Source: a virus. Taken from it: a stretch of 64,000 nucleotides of DNA. This document shows positions 40,066 to 49,178 of this stretch, piece after piece (the first letter of the stretch is position 1; the number at the start of each line of letters is the position of its first letter). The translations under genes were made by a program, and so were the position numbers. The notes under the pieces are model-generated. The model did not search any database and was not told the origin of the DNA. It saw only the letters and a program-made list of their open reading frames with translations. The stretch is taken from IMG/VR virus record IMGVR_UViG_3300017782_000007, positions 1 through 64,000 of that record. One strand, 5' to 3'.

Positions 40066-40554
40066 ATGAACAGACCACCGTTTCAGTATCTTTTCTTTGC
40101 CACTCTCTTAATGATGGCAGCTTTAGTCTTACATCTTAATGAAGATAAACCTGTATCAGTAGAGAAAGAGAACTTAGAAGTCCCTCAAGAATTAATAGAT
40201 TGTAGATCAGCTCGTTTAGATGCTGAACAAGAATTAGTAAATGAGAGACTTAAGACTCAAACATTAAGAGAAGAATACGATGAGGCCGCTTTAGAACTAC
40301 AAGTATTTGATAGTTCTCTAGTAACATTATTCAGTAGCTTTACGAGGCTTAAAGATGCTCAAAGGTATCTTAAAAAGCTAAATAAAGGATCAGATTACCT
40401 TATATATTTAATAGTACTCTATGAAGAGTATGAATTAGATGTATACCCTAATCAAATAACTTCTGGCGGGAGAAAGTTAGAGAATCCTACAATTAAAGCA
40501 ATTGATTATAAAGATGTTCAAATCCAAGGAATTGGTATTACGTATCCACATTAG
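40066..40554 (+). CDS. Membrane-anchored coiled-coil protein
   Basis: N-terminal TM and coiled coil; weak SPOR-like SSFTRLKDAQRYLKKL. Confidence 0.65.
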   Translation: MNRPPFQYLFFATLLMMAALVLHLNEDKPVSVEKENLEVPQELIDCRSARLDAEQELVNERLKTQTLREEYDEAALELQVFDSSLVTLFSSFTRLKDAQRYLKKLNKGSDYLIYLIVLYEEYELDVYPNQITSGGRKLENPTIKAIDYKDVQIQGIGITYPH

Positions 40555-40765
40555 GTGGGTAGTAATTTTTATTATTGTTCAAATTATTATCTGCATCCTC
40601 GCCGGTGCAGGTATAGCACACTATGAGAAAAGCAGAAGCAATGATGGTGGTAGAAAGATCATTCCCAAAAGACCTAAGCTGGTTCAGGTACAATCAGTAT
40701 TCGACAAAAGAACTCCTAGAGTTCTCAGCAAATCTTTTAGATCATCTATCATCAAGAGGAGTTAA
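40514..40765 (+). CDS. Small TM protein
   Basis: WVVIFIIVQIIICILAGAGIA segment. Confidence 0.45.
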   Translation: MFKSKELVLRIHIRWVVIFIIVQIIICILAGAGIAHYEKSRSNDGGRKIIPKRPKLVQVQSVFDKRTPRVLSKSFRSSIIKRS

Positions 40766-40814
40766 TATAACTGAGGTAGCAGATAGACTTGAGGGGGTCA
40801 TATCTGCGCACTAA
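40623..40814 (+). CDS. Hypothetical protein
   Basis: 63 aa; overlaps the previous ORF in another frame; followed by a hairpin. Confidence 0.45.
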   Translation: MRKAEAMMVVERSFPKDLSWFRYNQYSTKELLEFSANLLDHLSSRGVNITEVADRLEGVISAH

Positions 40815-41024
40815 GGCTTCGGCCTTGGTGTTCCTTAGTATATATTAAAATTAAATAAAAGTCGCTTAGAACGCCTTAAAATGGCTTATACGATATAACC
40901 ACACTTACAAGACGACATTATATATCCCAAAAACTTATAGTTGTCTGTTTGCTGGTAAGGGGGACAGTTGTGAGATGCTGTCCTCCTCTTTAAGAAATTA
41001 CTTAATCTTCTAAATAATACTCTC

Positions 41025-41618
41025 ATGAAGAATGTACTATTAAAATTCAGTAACAATAAGGTATACTTTGTTACTAATGAAGGATCTACTTTTAAACTCG
41101 TATCCAATACCAAGGATCCACTATTGGCCACAGCCAAAAAAGGAAGAGGAAAGCCGTTCGCGGTAATACTCGATGTTCCTTTGCCAGAGTCTACAACAAT
41201 GACTCCGGTATCTACTGGTCTTATACTCCCTATCAGTAATGTTAGGGAGAAAGAACATATTGAAGCTTATGCTGATGATGGTGTATACTATGCTAAACAA
41301 GGTATTCCAATAGGTATACTATTAGATTGCACAGTAGTACCATCAAGATCCAAGAACCGATTCAATGTTGTGGATTATAAGATTCATCAACATAAGATTG
41401 GATTTACTCATGGTAAGCTAGGAGCATTGATAACATTAATTAATAATGTAATTAAACCTAGACTGACTGTGAATAAGAGAGATGATTACGATATAATTGT
41501 TGATTTGATGAATGCTAGAAAGTCTCCTTTTGGGAGGAAACTATCCAAAGCACAGACAAAGACGTTCAAAAAAATTTATTTAAGAAGAGTCAAGGAGTTT
41601 CTCACTCCTAAAGGTTAA
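41025..41618 (+). CDS. Hypothetical protein
   Basis: 197 aa ORF. Confidence 0.7.
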   Translation: MKNVLLKFSNNKVYFVTNEGSTFKLVSNTKDPLLATAKKGRGKPFAVILDVPLPESTTMTPVSTGLILPISNVREKEHIEAYADDGVYYAKQGIPIGILLDCTVVPSRSKNRFNVVDYKIHQHKIGFTHGKLGALITLINNVIKPRLTVNKRDDYDIIVDLMNARKSPFGRKLSKAQTKTFKKIYLRRVKEFLTPKG

Positions 41619-41652
41619 TGGTTATTTGGGGGTTCGATTCCCCCAAACCTTC
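41611..41652 (+). ncRNA. Minimal tRNA-like element (42 nt)
   Basis: AAGGTT/AACCTT acceptor, ATGGTTATTT linker, GGGGG-TTCGATT-CCCCC T-arm. Confidence 0.55.
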
Positions 41653-41661
41653 TAATCAAAA

Positions 41662-41979
41662 TTGAATGATATGAGAGGAATAGAAAAGAAAAAAAACTAT
41701 GTATCAACCTGGTTAACTCCGAGAGTGAGAGCTAAACTCAAAGAGAACCCACAAGTCGAGCAATTGCTACTTGCTGGGGATTACCTAGGTATAAACCAGT
41801 CAAGAGTATTTCAAGTGTTCCCTGTTGGAACACAAAGAGATACGATATTCTCAGAAGATGAAATGAGAATATACTTGGAGGAACTTAAATCCTTGGCTAG
41901 GGGATTAGTAGTAGAAGTATCCTCGCTTTCTAGATGCGGTTTCTATACTACGTCCATGCTCAGGAGCCAACCCGTGTAA
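41662..41979 (+). CDS. Hypothetical protein
   Basis: 105 aa ORF. Confidence 0.6.
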   Translation: MNDMRGIEKKKNYVSTWLTPRVRAKLKENPQVEQLLLAGDYLGINQSRVFQVFPVGTQRDTIFSEDEMRIYLEELKSLARGLVVEVSSLSRCGFYTTSMLRSQPV

Positions 41980-42044
41980 ACAAGACGTAACATGGGCTAC
42001 ACCAGTATTATTTTATTTTTTAATTTTAAAACTTTTAAAGACAA

Positions 42045-42698
42045 ATGGATTTTAGCAAAATTTCCTTTAAGAAGACTGTTGAGCCTACTCCAGTTTCTAA
42101 AAAAGGAACCGAGACAAACGGCTACCAGCCGCCTAGTGAGACTAATACTCTTACTGTACCAAAGAATGCCTTGGAGGATATCCCAGGTATTGAGCAATTT
42201 GAAGAGGATACAGGGAACCCTGTTCCAACGCCACCGGAAGAAGTTACTGAGACGAAGAAAGGAACGAAGAGAGGATTAGTTGTACCTGTTACGAATGTGA
42301 ATGGAGAAGTATTTTCATACAATATTGTGACGAGAGAGAAAACATACTTACGAGTTGGAAAGACTGTATTACCTACTGCTACGAAAGCATTTGACGTGAT
42401 TACCTTTGATGAAGATACGACGAAGAAGACTACAAGAGGAAGTGAAGTATTGATGAATATTGAAATTGAAGGACCTACGACTGCTGCTAACGTGTTGACT
42501 ACTACTACTGCTGATTCTGCGAATTCGACTACATCTGTATTGCCAAGTTTGACTGTTGCTACTATTACTGATTTTGTATCTGATTTGATTTCTACTACTG
42601 GTTTGGATGCTGCTATTGCTACTTTGAATGCTGATGCTGTTGATTTTACTACTGCTGATTTTAATGGATTAACTGTTGTTGTACGAGTGAATGGATAA
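42045..42698 (+). CDS. Thr-rich hypothetical protein
   Basis: 217 aa, TAAAA-type leader. Confidence 0.7.
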   Translation: MDFSKISFKKTVEPTPVSKKGTETNGYQPPSETNTLTVPKNALEDIPGIEQFEEDTGNPVPTPPEEVTETKKGTKRGLVVPVTNVNGEVFSYNIVTREKTYLRVGKTVLPTATKAFDVITFDEDTTKKTTRGSEVLMNIEIEGPTTAANVLTTTTADSANSTTSVLPSLTVATITDFVSDLISTTGLDAAIATLNADAVDFTTADFNGLTVVVRVNG

Positions 42699-42944
42699 TT
42701 GCCCTTGTGTTATTGTTTTATTATTACAGATTATTTTGATTTAGTAGACCTATCAAAGGTTTATACATTTTTGCATTATGATACGATTTATTGTTAACCA
42801 ATTATCTTATTTTAATGTCGATCACATCTACCAAAACATTTGTGAAAAGAGTCTAAATAATAGTGCTGAGGGTACAAGTTAACTGTCTATTACTTAAACC
42901 TAGGTTTTTGTTTAGACTCTTTTTTTTAATCAAATGTTATATCA

Positions 42945-43607
42945 ATGAAAATACTAATATTAAGATTATTATCTAGCATATTTATGCTAGGAGGAACTTT
43001 GATGCTGTTATCATCTGCTTTGATGATTGGGACTGCTACTGAGGCTGCTATCTATAGAAATAGCGTGCATCAAGTCTTGGAGGTTTCGTCAATTGACTCG
43101 GTAAGTATGAAACCACAAACTGAGTTTGAATCTCTCTTACTGAAGTATCATGAGCGAGGTTTAAAAGCCCCGTTCGTCTGTTTGTCGCAGACATATGGTG
43201 AAACTGGCAAGTTATCTTCTAATATCTATAAGGAGAATAATAACTTGTTCGGGTTTAAGTGCTCCACTTCTCGCAGTTACTGTGTGAAAGTGAATAGAGG
43301 GCACGCTTATTATTTAAGTTACGATGATTCAATAGACGATTACGTTGAATGGCAGAAGACGATGGTGTCAAATTATGAGGAGTACTTTAACCAACATGTA
43401 TCCTCGGATACTACGTATCTTAATCTATTAGAGAACGTAGTATTAAAGTCATCCACCCCGCCTTATAAGTATGCCGTATTACGGTATGCTACGGATCCCA
43501 AATATCGTGGAAAACTAAGGGACTGGGGCAATGAGATGTTATCAAAATCCTTAGTTCGTGAGGACTTCCTGACTTCGTTAGGTTATGATGCGGATTGGTG
43601 TATGTAA
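42945..43607 (+). CDS. Membrane-anchored glucosaminidase/lysozyme-like hydrolase
   Basis: SQTYGETG...NNNLFGFK...RYATDPKY; N-terminal TM. Confidence 0.85.
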   Translation: MKILILRLLSSIFMLGGTLMLLSSALMIGTATEAAIYRNSVHQVLEVSSIDSVSMKPQTEFESLLLKYHERGLKAPFVCLSQTYGETGKLSSNIYKENNNLFGFKCSTSRSYCVKVNRGHAYYLSYDDSIDDYVEWQKTMVSNYEEYFNQHVSSDTTYLNLLENVVLKSSTPPYKYAVLRYATDPKYRGKLRDWGNEMLSKSLVREDFLTSLGYDADWCM

Positions 43608-43780
43608 GGTATGCACCGGTGCCGCTCTTCACGGAGGTTTCTCAGGTCAATCTGGACGGTTCCTGGGTAATCATCTTTTCGTCAGAAGAGACATCCTCCT
43701 CTCTACTACCAACGCCTTGTCTGGCTTAGGAATAATGGTAGAGAGGACAATTTGATTTTTTAATTAAACTTCATATATTT

Positions 43781-45250
43781 ATGGACACTTTATTAGTTGT
43801 AAGTGCGTTCGTGCTAGTCGCATGGCCTTACATTCTTTACCCGTGGTTTATCGGAAGAGCTGTTAATAAGCTTATCTTTAACAACGCCACAAATTACGAA
43901 CATGATGATTTCGACAAACTAGTTGCAGAAGCTAGTAGTAAACTCAAAAACCAGACAGGTAAGAGTTTCAAGAAGACGTATCGAAATCGAGTACATTTAG
44001 CACAAGTACTTTCAGGACTCAGAAAAGAGTATAAAATCGAAGCTATTGGTGGAGCAGAATTTAAAGCTTGGAAATCTTACCAAGTCTTATACAAATTAAC
44101 CAAGAGACTTCCATGGTACTATTTCTTAGACAATAGTGGCCGAGTATCTTACTTAGTAGCCGATTACTCTCACATTAGAGTAGATGAATTGGAAAAAGAT
44201 TCTAACTTCGATATCAAATTCGGAGGTAACTACATTAAAGGTAAAGACGGATTTAATAAATTCTGTGTACCTGTATCAACTAGACTTCAATTCATTAGTG
44301 CTAATGAAGAAGAAGAGTATGCAGCAGGATTAATGGAAAAACACACAGTAATTTCAATTAAGAAAGAAGTTGATTACACTAAAGGTAAGCCATTTGTATT
44401 GGTGAAAGATCCAGTATTTAATAACTATATGTTCGAACAAAGAGATATAGCATTAGATACTTATCTAGATGACCTAGTAATTAACAAATCTTATGTTAAC
44501 GTGCCAATTAAATCTGGTGAAAAGAAATACAATGTTCCTATGTCAGTTATTGCTAAAGAGTTTCTCTTTAAGATAATTGAAATGAAAGGTGATACTAATC
44601 ATTTGTATGCCCATGGCCCTGTTGGTTCAGGAAAATCTGGTATACTTAAGATAGCAGCTAGTCAAGCTGAGAAACACCTAGAGAATGGAACAGTTGTTAT
44701 TTACATTAACGTAGCAGAATTGAAAAGCATTAGTGCTACCGTATTTAAGACAGCATTAGCTGATTTGATGTCGTCTACCAAAGCTGAGAATATTTTATTC
44801 TTGGTTGATGAAGCTGACTCGGTATTAACATCTAAGGATGTTGAAACTTCTTCATTTAGTGGATTCATCTTATCATTAATGAATGGTGTAGATCAAAACA
44901 TGTTCAACGCTACTTTCTTATTTGCAGGTAAGAAGCCTTATGAGGACATTTCAGACGATTTTAAGAGACGAATAGGATTTCCTTTCTCTATCCCTTCTTT
45001 ACCACGTAAAGAGGCCTTAGAACTCTTTAAATTGCTCGAGAAGTCTCCTATCAAGGAAGGACATGAGCCACAAGTATCAGAATTAAATGATATCTTATCT
45101 AAAGATACCACTTATTCTATCAAGGAGCATGCTTCTTTGTATGAGGTGTTTGTTTTATGTTTCTCAAGACTGGATAAAGATGCAGAAGATGCTATTGAAG
45201 AACTTCTCCAAGAACACCATGTTGAGACTAAAGCAGCAAGTACGGCTTAA
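43781..45250 (+). CDS. Membrane-anchored AAA+ ATPase
   Basis: N-terminal TM; Walker A GPVGSGKS, Walker B LFLVDEAD, DFKRRI arginine finger. Confidence 0.8.
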   Translation: MDTLLVVSAFVLVAWPYILYPWFIGRAVNKLIFNNATNYEHDDFDKLVAEASSKLKNQTGKSFKKTYRNRVHLAQVLSGLRKEYKIEAIGGAEFKAWKSYQVLYKLTKRLPWYYFLDNSGRVSYLVADYSHIRVDELEKDSNFDIKFGGNYIKGKDGFNKFCVPVSTRLQFISANEEEEYAAGLMEKHTVISIKKEVDYTKGKPFVLVKDPVFNNYMFEQRDIALDTYLDDLVINKSYVNVPIKSGEKKYNVPMSVIAKEFLFKIIEMKGDTNHLYAHGPVGSGKSGILKIAASQAEKHLENGTVVIYINVAELKSISATVFKTALADLMSSTKAENILFLVDEADSVLTSKDVETSSFSGFILSLMNGVDQNMFNATFLFAGKKPYEDISDDFKRRIGFPFSIPSLPRKEALELFKLLEKSPIKEGHEPQVSELNDILSKDTTYSIKEHASLYEVFVLCFSRLDKDAEDAIEELLQEHHVETKAASTA

Positions 45251-45857
45251 ATGGGAGACTTTCGTTGTCTTTGGAAAAGGTGATTTACACTCTGTAAATA
45301 TACAGAACCCAGATTCTGATGAAAAAACTACAATCCCGATTATGTCTAAGCCTTTTATGAAACCTGAATACAGAGATGGTATGTATATTAATCCATTAAT
45401 ATGTGGATTACATAAACCCGTGCCAGAAGAGTATGACGACTTAGGTAATAACCTATTTTACCACATAGAAGAAAACGGTATTAAATACTACGTCCTAACT
45501 AGTCATAAATTCAGTCAAACAGGTGTATATTACTTAGACGAGTCTGCTCATCCCATAGTGTCTAGAACACCAATGGATAAGCGGATAATTACCAAGATAC
45601 GAGACGACCATTCACATATCCGTAAGTTAAGAAGAAGAGTAGCTGATTATAAGGAAGATACTATTCCTAATATCACTAAACTTCTATGGACTAGATTCAA
45701 GGCTAGTGACATTAATGGCACCGTAGTAAGAATAGTCTGTACTAAAAGCGGAAAATACTTAGAACATACCGATAATCCTGAAGATCTTATTGTTTTAACT
45801 CATGGTAACGAAGATGAAATCTCGTTACGTGCTAAATTTTTAATTAATTATGAATAA
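45219..45857 (+). CDS. Hypothetical protein
   Basis: Likely start MLRLKQ at 45219. Confidence 0.6.
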   Translation: MLRLKQQVRLKWETFVVFGKGDLHSVNIQNPDSDEKTTIPIMSKPFMKPEYRDGMYINPLICGLHKPVPEEYDDLGNNLFYHIEENGIKYYVLTSHKFSQTGVYYLDESAHPIVSRTPMDKRIITKIRDDHSHIRKLRRRVADYKEDTIPNITKLLWTRFKASDINGTVVRIVCTKSGKYLEHTDNPEDLIVLTHGNEDEISLRAKFLINYE

Positions 45858-46458
45858 GAAAATTTATCTGCCTGAACTAGACATTCAAGCACAAGATAAC
45901 AAATTACATTGGAGAGAAATTGCCTCAAAAGGATCAGGATTCCCATCATCTATGTGGAAAACTGATAGCACCTTTGGTACAACTCCTGAAATTACATTTG
46001 GATTTGAAATGGGAGCTGACTACCCATTAATGTATTTTCGTTCACCTTTAGTCAGAGATATTGCTTTTGAGAAACTAAGACATGCTAAGGAGTATAGCAA
46101 AGTGCGATTGGGGAGAGATGACTTTTTTAAGTCAGTCACTTCTCGTGATAAAAATGCTATGGTATCCTCAATGCAGAACTTAGACCTCAAAGATATCTTT
46201 CAAGAGCACATCAATAAACGTTTTGGAAGTCTTTCCGGGTTGAATAAAGAAGTTCATATGGACAAACCATTGACCAATGAGCTATTTAACTCAATTATCA
46301 AGGACAAGTTTGATGCTAGTCAAGGTATAAACAAACGAGGACTAGTAGTCCAACTTTGTAATGCTTTGGAAAAGCCTAAATTCCCTGGCTCGGAGAAGAT
46401 TCCTAGTGAAATGTTTTGGTGGTACTTTATTTCTAACCTTAAAACAATTAAAGCATGA
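45850..46458 (+). CDS. Hypothetical protein
   Basis: 202 aa, coupled overlaps. Confidence 0.65.
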   Translation: MNKKIYLPELDIQAQDNKLHWREIASKGSGFPSSMWKTDSTFGTTPEITFGFEMGADYPLMYFRSPLVRDIAFEKLRHAKEYSKVRLGRDDFFKSVTSRDKNAMVSSMQNLDLKDIFQEHINKRFGSLSGLNKEVHMDKPLTNELFNSIIKDKFDASQGINKRGLVVQLCNALEKPKFPGSEKIPSEMFWWYFISNLKTIKA

Positions 46459-47177
46459 GATCATTGATTTTTGTATTAATTTTATTATTGTTTGGGTGTT
46501 CTGATACACCACCCCCAGGAGTTCCTGATACAGGTTCTCCGCCAGTTAAAGCACACAATCCACCAGTTATCAAACAAGTTACACCTGTTGTAACAAAACC
46601 AGTAGAAAAACCAAAGCCAGCTGTAAAAGCTAAGCCAACTAATCTAAATAGTGGTTTCTCGGCTGATTTCAACTGGAAGAAAACTGGTTACAATGAGTAT
46701 GAAGAAGTAGACCTACAAGTAACTGTGAACTTTAAAAACAGTACCATTAACTTGTATACTGATATAGATGACATCTCAAACTCAAGCAATACTTTAGAAA
46801 TTCAAGACGTTCACAGTAATTATGTAGAAATGAGTGGTGATAACTTTTATTCATCATTTTCTACCGTACTCAATCCTGACACCTGGGAAGAGAGAGGAGC
46901 TAAACAGTATGACTTCAATATGGAGGTCATAAATGGTAGCTTAAACTACATCTCTATTACTTCAGGGGGTGTTAAGAAAGAGTACTATATACAGATTCCT
47001 AAGGAATCAACTGCTGCACCAGCTCGCCAGGCTGTTGCTAAGCATATCGTAAAATCAGGAGAAACATTGTTGCATATCGCAGGAAAATATGGTGTTACAG
47101 TATCTAAGATTCGGTCTCAAAACCAACTACGAGGTAACACAATCTATCCTGGCCAGGTTCTAGATGTCTCGAAATAG
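46455..47177 (+). CDS. Lipoprotein with C-terminal LysM domain
   Basis: Lipobox LLFGC, Pro-rich linker, HIVKSGETLLHIAGKYGVTV...IYPGQVL. Confidence 0.88.
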   Translation: MRSLIFVLILLLFGCSDTPPPGVPDTGSPPVKAHNPPVIKQVTPVVTKPVEKPKPAVKAKPTNLNSGFSADFNWKKTGYNEYEEVDLQVTVNFKNSTINLYTDIDDISNSSNTLEIQDVHSNYVEMSGDNFYSSFSTVLNPDTWEERGAKQYDFNMEVINGSLNYISITSGGVKKEYYIQIPKESTAAPARQAVAKHIVKSGETLLHIAGKYGVTVSKIRSQNQLRGNTIYPGQVLDVSK

Positions 47178-47853
47178 CAAGATAGGAGTCTTATTGCTAG
47201 ACTCTTCGCATTTAGATGATATAAGAACTTTTGCTTCACAATTTGGTGATGTATTCGTAGTTATGCCTTATGAAGTTAGATTGGACTTAGATATTCTCTT
47301 TGTCCATTCTAAGTTACCTTCCACTTCACCGATAACATCTAAAGATGTATCGTATTCTAAAGATCTAACCAACTTCTATTCTCTCTACTACCCAAAGTAT
47401 AAGGATTCCGATATCCCTGTCTTTGCATTAGAGAATGCTTGTATAGAAGCGTGGAAGATTTTAGGAGGAAGTTTAGTAGGTAACATAACAGGACATAACG
47501 GACTTCATGGAATCCTTAACAAGAAGGATAAGATATATTTAAAGGTAGATTCTGATCATAGCATAGGGCTAGTGGATAATGCTGCTTTAGCTACGCCAAT
47601 AGCACATGAATTTAGAGGCTCTAAAAACACCTTTGAAACATGTAAACCTATTGATTATGATAAGCATCTAGGATTTGTGGAAATATTTGAGTCTTCTTAC
47701 CTCTCCGGATGTATGAATCCGACTCATATTAAGGAAAATAAATATTCATCCAAAGTCTACGAAGAAACCAAATGCATGTATGGTGATTTAATCACCTTAC
47801 GACTTATTCTCAAGATTTTACGTAAACATGGCACCGCAGCTGTACCTGTATAG
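47164..47853 (+). CDS. Degenerate class I glutamine amidotransferase/peptidase C26-like protein
   Basis: DIPVFALENA..LGGSL...GH..H...VDSDH aligns by eye to IPILGICRG..LGG.L..VNS.H; catalytic residues altered. Confidence 0.55.
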   Translation: MSRNSKIGVLLLDSSHLDDIRTFASQFGDVFVVMPYEVRLDLDILFVHSKLPSTSPITSKDVSYSKDLTNFYSLYYPKYKDSDIPVFALENACIEAWKILGGSLVGNITGHNGLHGILNKKDKIYLKVDSDHSIGLVDNAALATPIAHEFRGSKNTFETCKPIDYDKHLGFVEIFESSYLSGCMNPTHIKENKYSSKVYEETKCMYGDLITLRLILKILRKHGTAAVPV

Positions 47854-47862
47854 TTGCTGGTA

Positions 47863-47915
47863 GACTCAGTCTAATGGATGGCGAAAGCCTGTAGGTTCGA
47901 TTCCTACCTGAGTCA
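47863..47915 (+). ncRNA. Minimal tRNA-like element (53 nt)
   Basis: GACTCAG/CTGAGTC acceptor, TCTAATGGAT linker, GGC-GAAA-GCC, GTAGG-TTCGATT-CCTAC, discriminator A. Confidence 0.75.
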
Positions 47916-47934
47916 CTCACTAAATCTTTAAATT

Positions 47935-48162
47935 ATGTTCGCAATAGCAACAAAAAAGAAGGTTTATATCACTCCAGAACACTATGAATTGTACGAAAAA
48001 GAATTCCAAGCCGGAACCTATGTACTTTATCATAAAACTGGTAAATATAGAACTTTCGTAGGGATTGTAGGGATCCCTCACACAGCTTGTCCCACTAAGA
48101 CGGTGTTAGTATCGCCTTTAAGAGAAACATATTTCGTCACTTTAAATCATAAATATCAATGA
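47935..48162 (+). CDS. Hypothetical protein
   Basis: 75 aa, ATGA overlap with the MoxR gene. Confidence 0.6.
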   Translation: MFAIATKKKVYITPEHYELYEKEFQAGTYVLYHKTGKYRTFVGIVGIPHTACPTKTVLVSPLRETYFVTLNHKYQ

Positions 48163-49178
48163 CAAAAGAATTTTTAGACAAATTAAACAAGATTGATTTA
48201 TCTCAAAGATTTATCAAGTCTGAACGATTTACCCGAGCCTTTGTATCAGCTCTCTCATTGGGAGAACATGCCATGTTTTATGGTAGAGGGGGACACGGTA
48301 AATCAGAGATGGCTATGGAAGCTTTTGCACAAGTTGGTATTGATCCATTTGTACTCTCCTTCCATGAAAATACTACAATTGAAGAATTATTTGGAGGGAT
48401 TGATCCTGAAGAATGGAAGAAAACAGGAAAGATTAAATATCTTTTTGAGAACTCGATGTTTAACCACCAGTATGTAATTGCAGAAGAAGCATTTGATGCT
48501 CCTGGAATCGTATGGGCTTCTATTAAAGATGCTTTAACTTCAGGACATGTTAGATTTGGTAATGATACATTCGAAATCAAAACTAAGTCTATCTTATTCT
48601 TAACAAACAGATCTAAGGAAGAAGTAGTTGAGGATAACTCTGTAGAAGCATTTATGCAAAGAATTGTATTCAATTTAAAAGTTGAATGGGATTCATACAC
48701 ACCTGAAGACTACTCTGATTTATTAGAGTGTGTCTTTAAAGATAGAAATGAACAATTTGCTACTATCATCTCAGATATGTCTGCTGTTTCAGAGGAAGAT
48801 TTTATCTCTCCAAGAACATGTGTTAAGGCATATAAAGCATATATTACCTTAGGGATAGATTGCTTACAAGAGTTTGAAGGGTTTTCAGTTGATAAAGTTG
48901 AAAGAATGAAGGATAGACTAGTTAAATTAGAGCAAATCAAAACTCAAAGAGAGAGATTAAATGCTTTTGGAGCTACTCTTCATGAAATTCGAAAAGGGAG
49001 TATCAAATTCAGTCAGGAAGCAACAATGAAAATCAGATTATTAAAAGAATTTCAATCTAAATTGAAAGCTTTGAAAATCTCTGATAGTTTATTTCCTGAG
49101 AAAAGTGAAATGATGAGAGATGTAGATGCATTGAGAAAGAAATTAGTTGAGTTATCAATAAATCTTCCTAAATCATGA
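48159..49178 (+). CDS. MoxR/RavA-type AAA+ ATPase
   Basis: GRGGHGKS, TTIEELFGG, VIAEEAFDA, FLTN, ISPRT sensor II. Confidence 0.85.
   Translation: MTKEFLDKLNKIDLSQRFIKSERFTRAFVSALSLGEHAMFYGRGGHGKSEMAMEAFAQVGIDPFVLSFHENTTIEELFGGIDPEEWKKTGKIKYLFENSMFNHQYVIAEEAFDAPGIVWASIKDALTSGHVRFGNDTFEIKTKSILFLTNRSKEEVVEDNSVEAFMQRIVFNLKVEWDSYTPEDYSDLLECVFKDRNEQFATIISDMSAVSEEDFISPRTCVKAYKAYITLGIDCLQEFEGFSVDKVERMKDRLVKLEQIKTQRERLNAFGATLHEIRKGSIKFSQEATMKIRLLKEFQSKLKALKISDSLFPEKSEMMRDVDALRKKLVELSINLPKS

Noticed and set aside
43625-43650. HDV-like/theta ribozyme (CTC-TTCACG-GAG as P3/L3)
   Set aside because: No complementary P1 strand or P2 closure found
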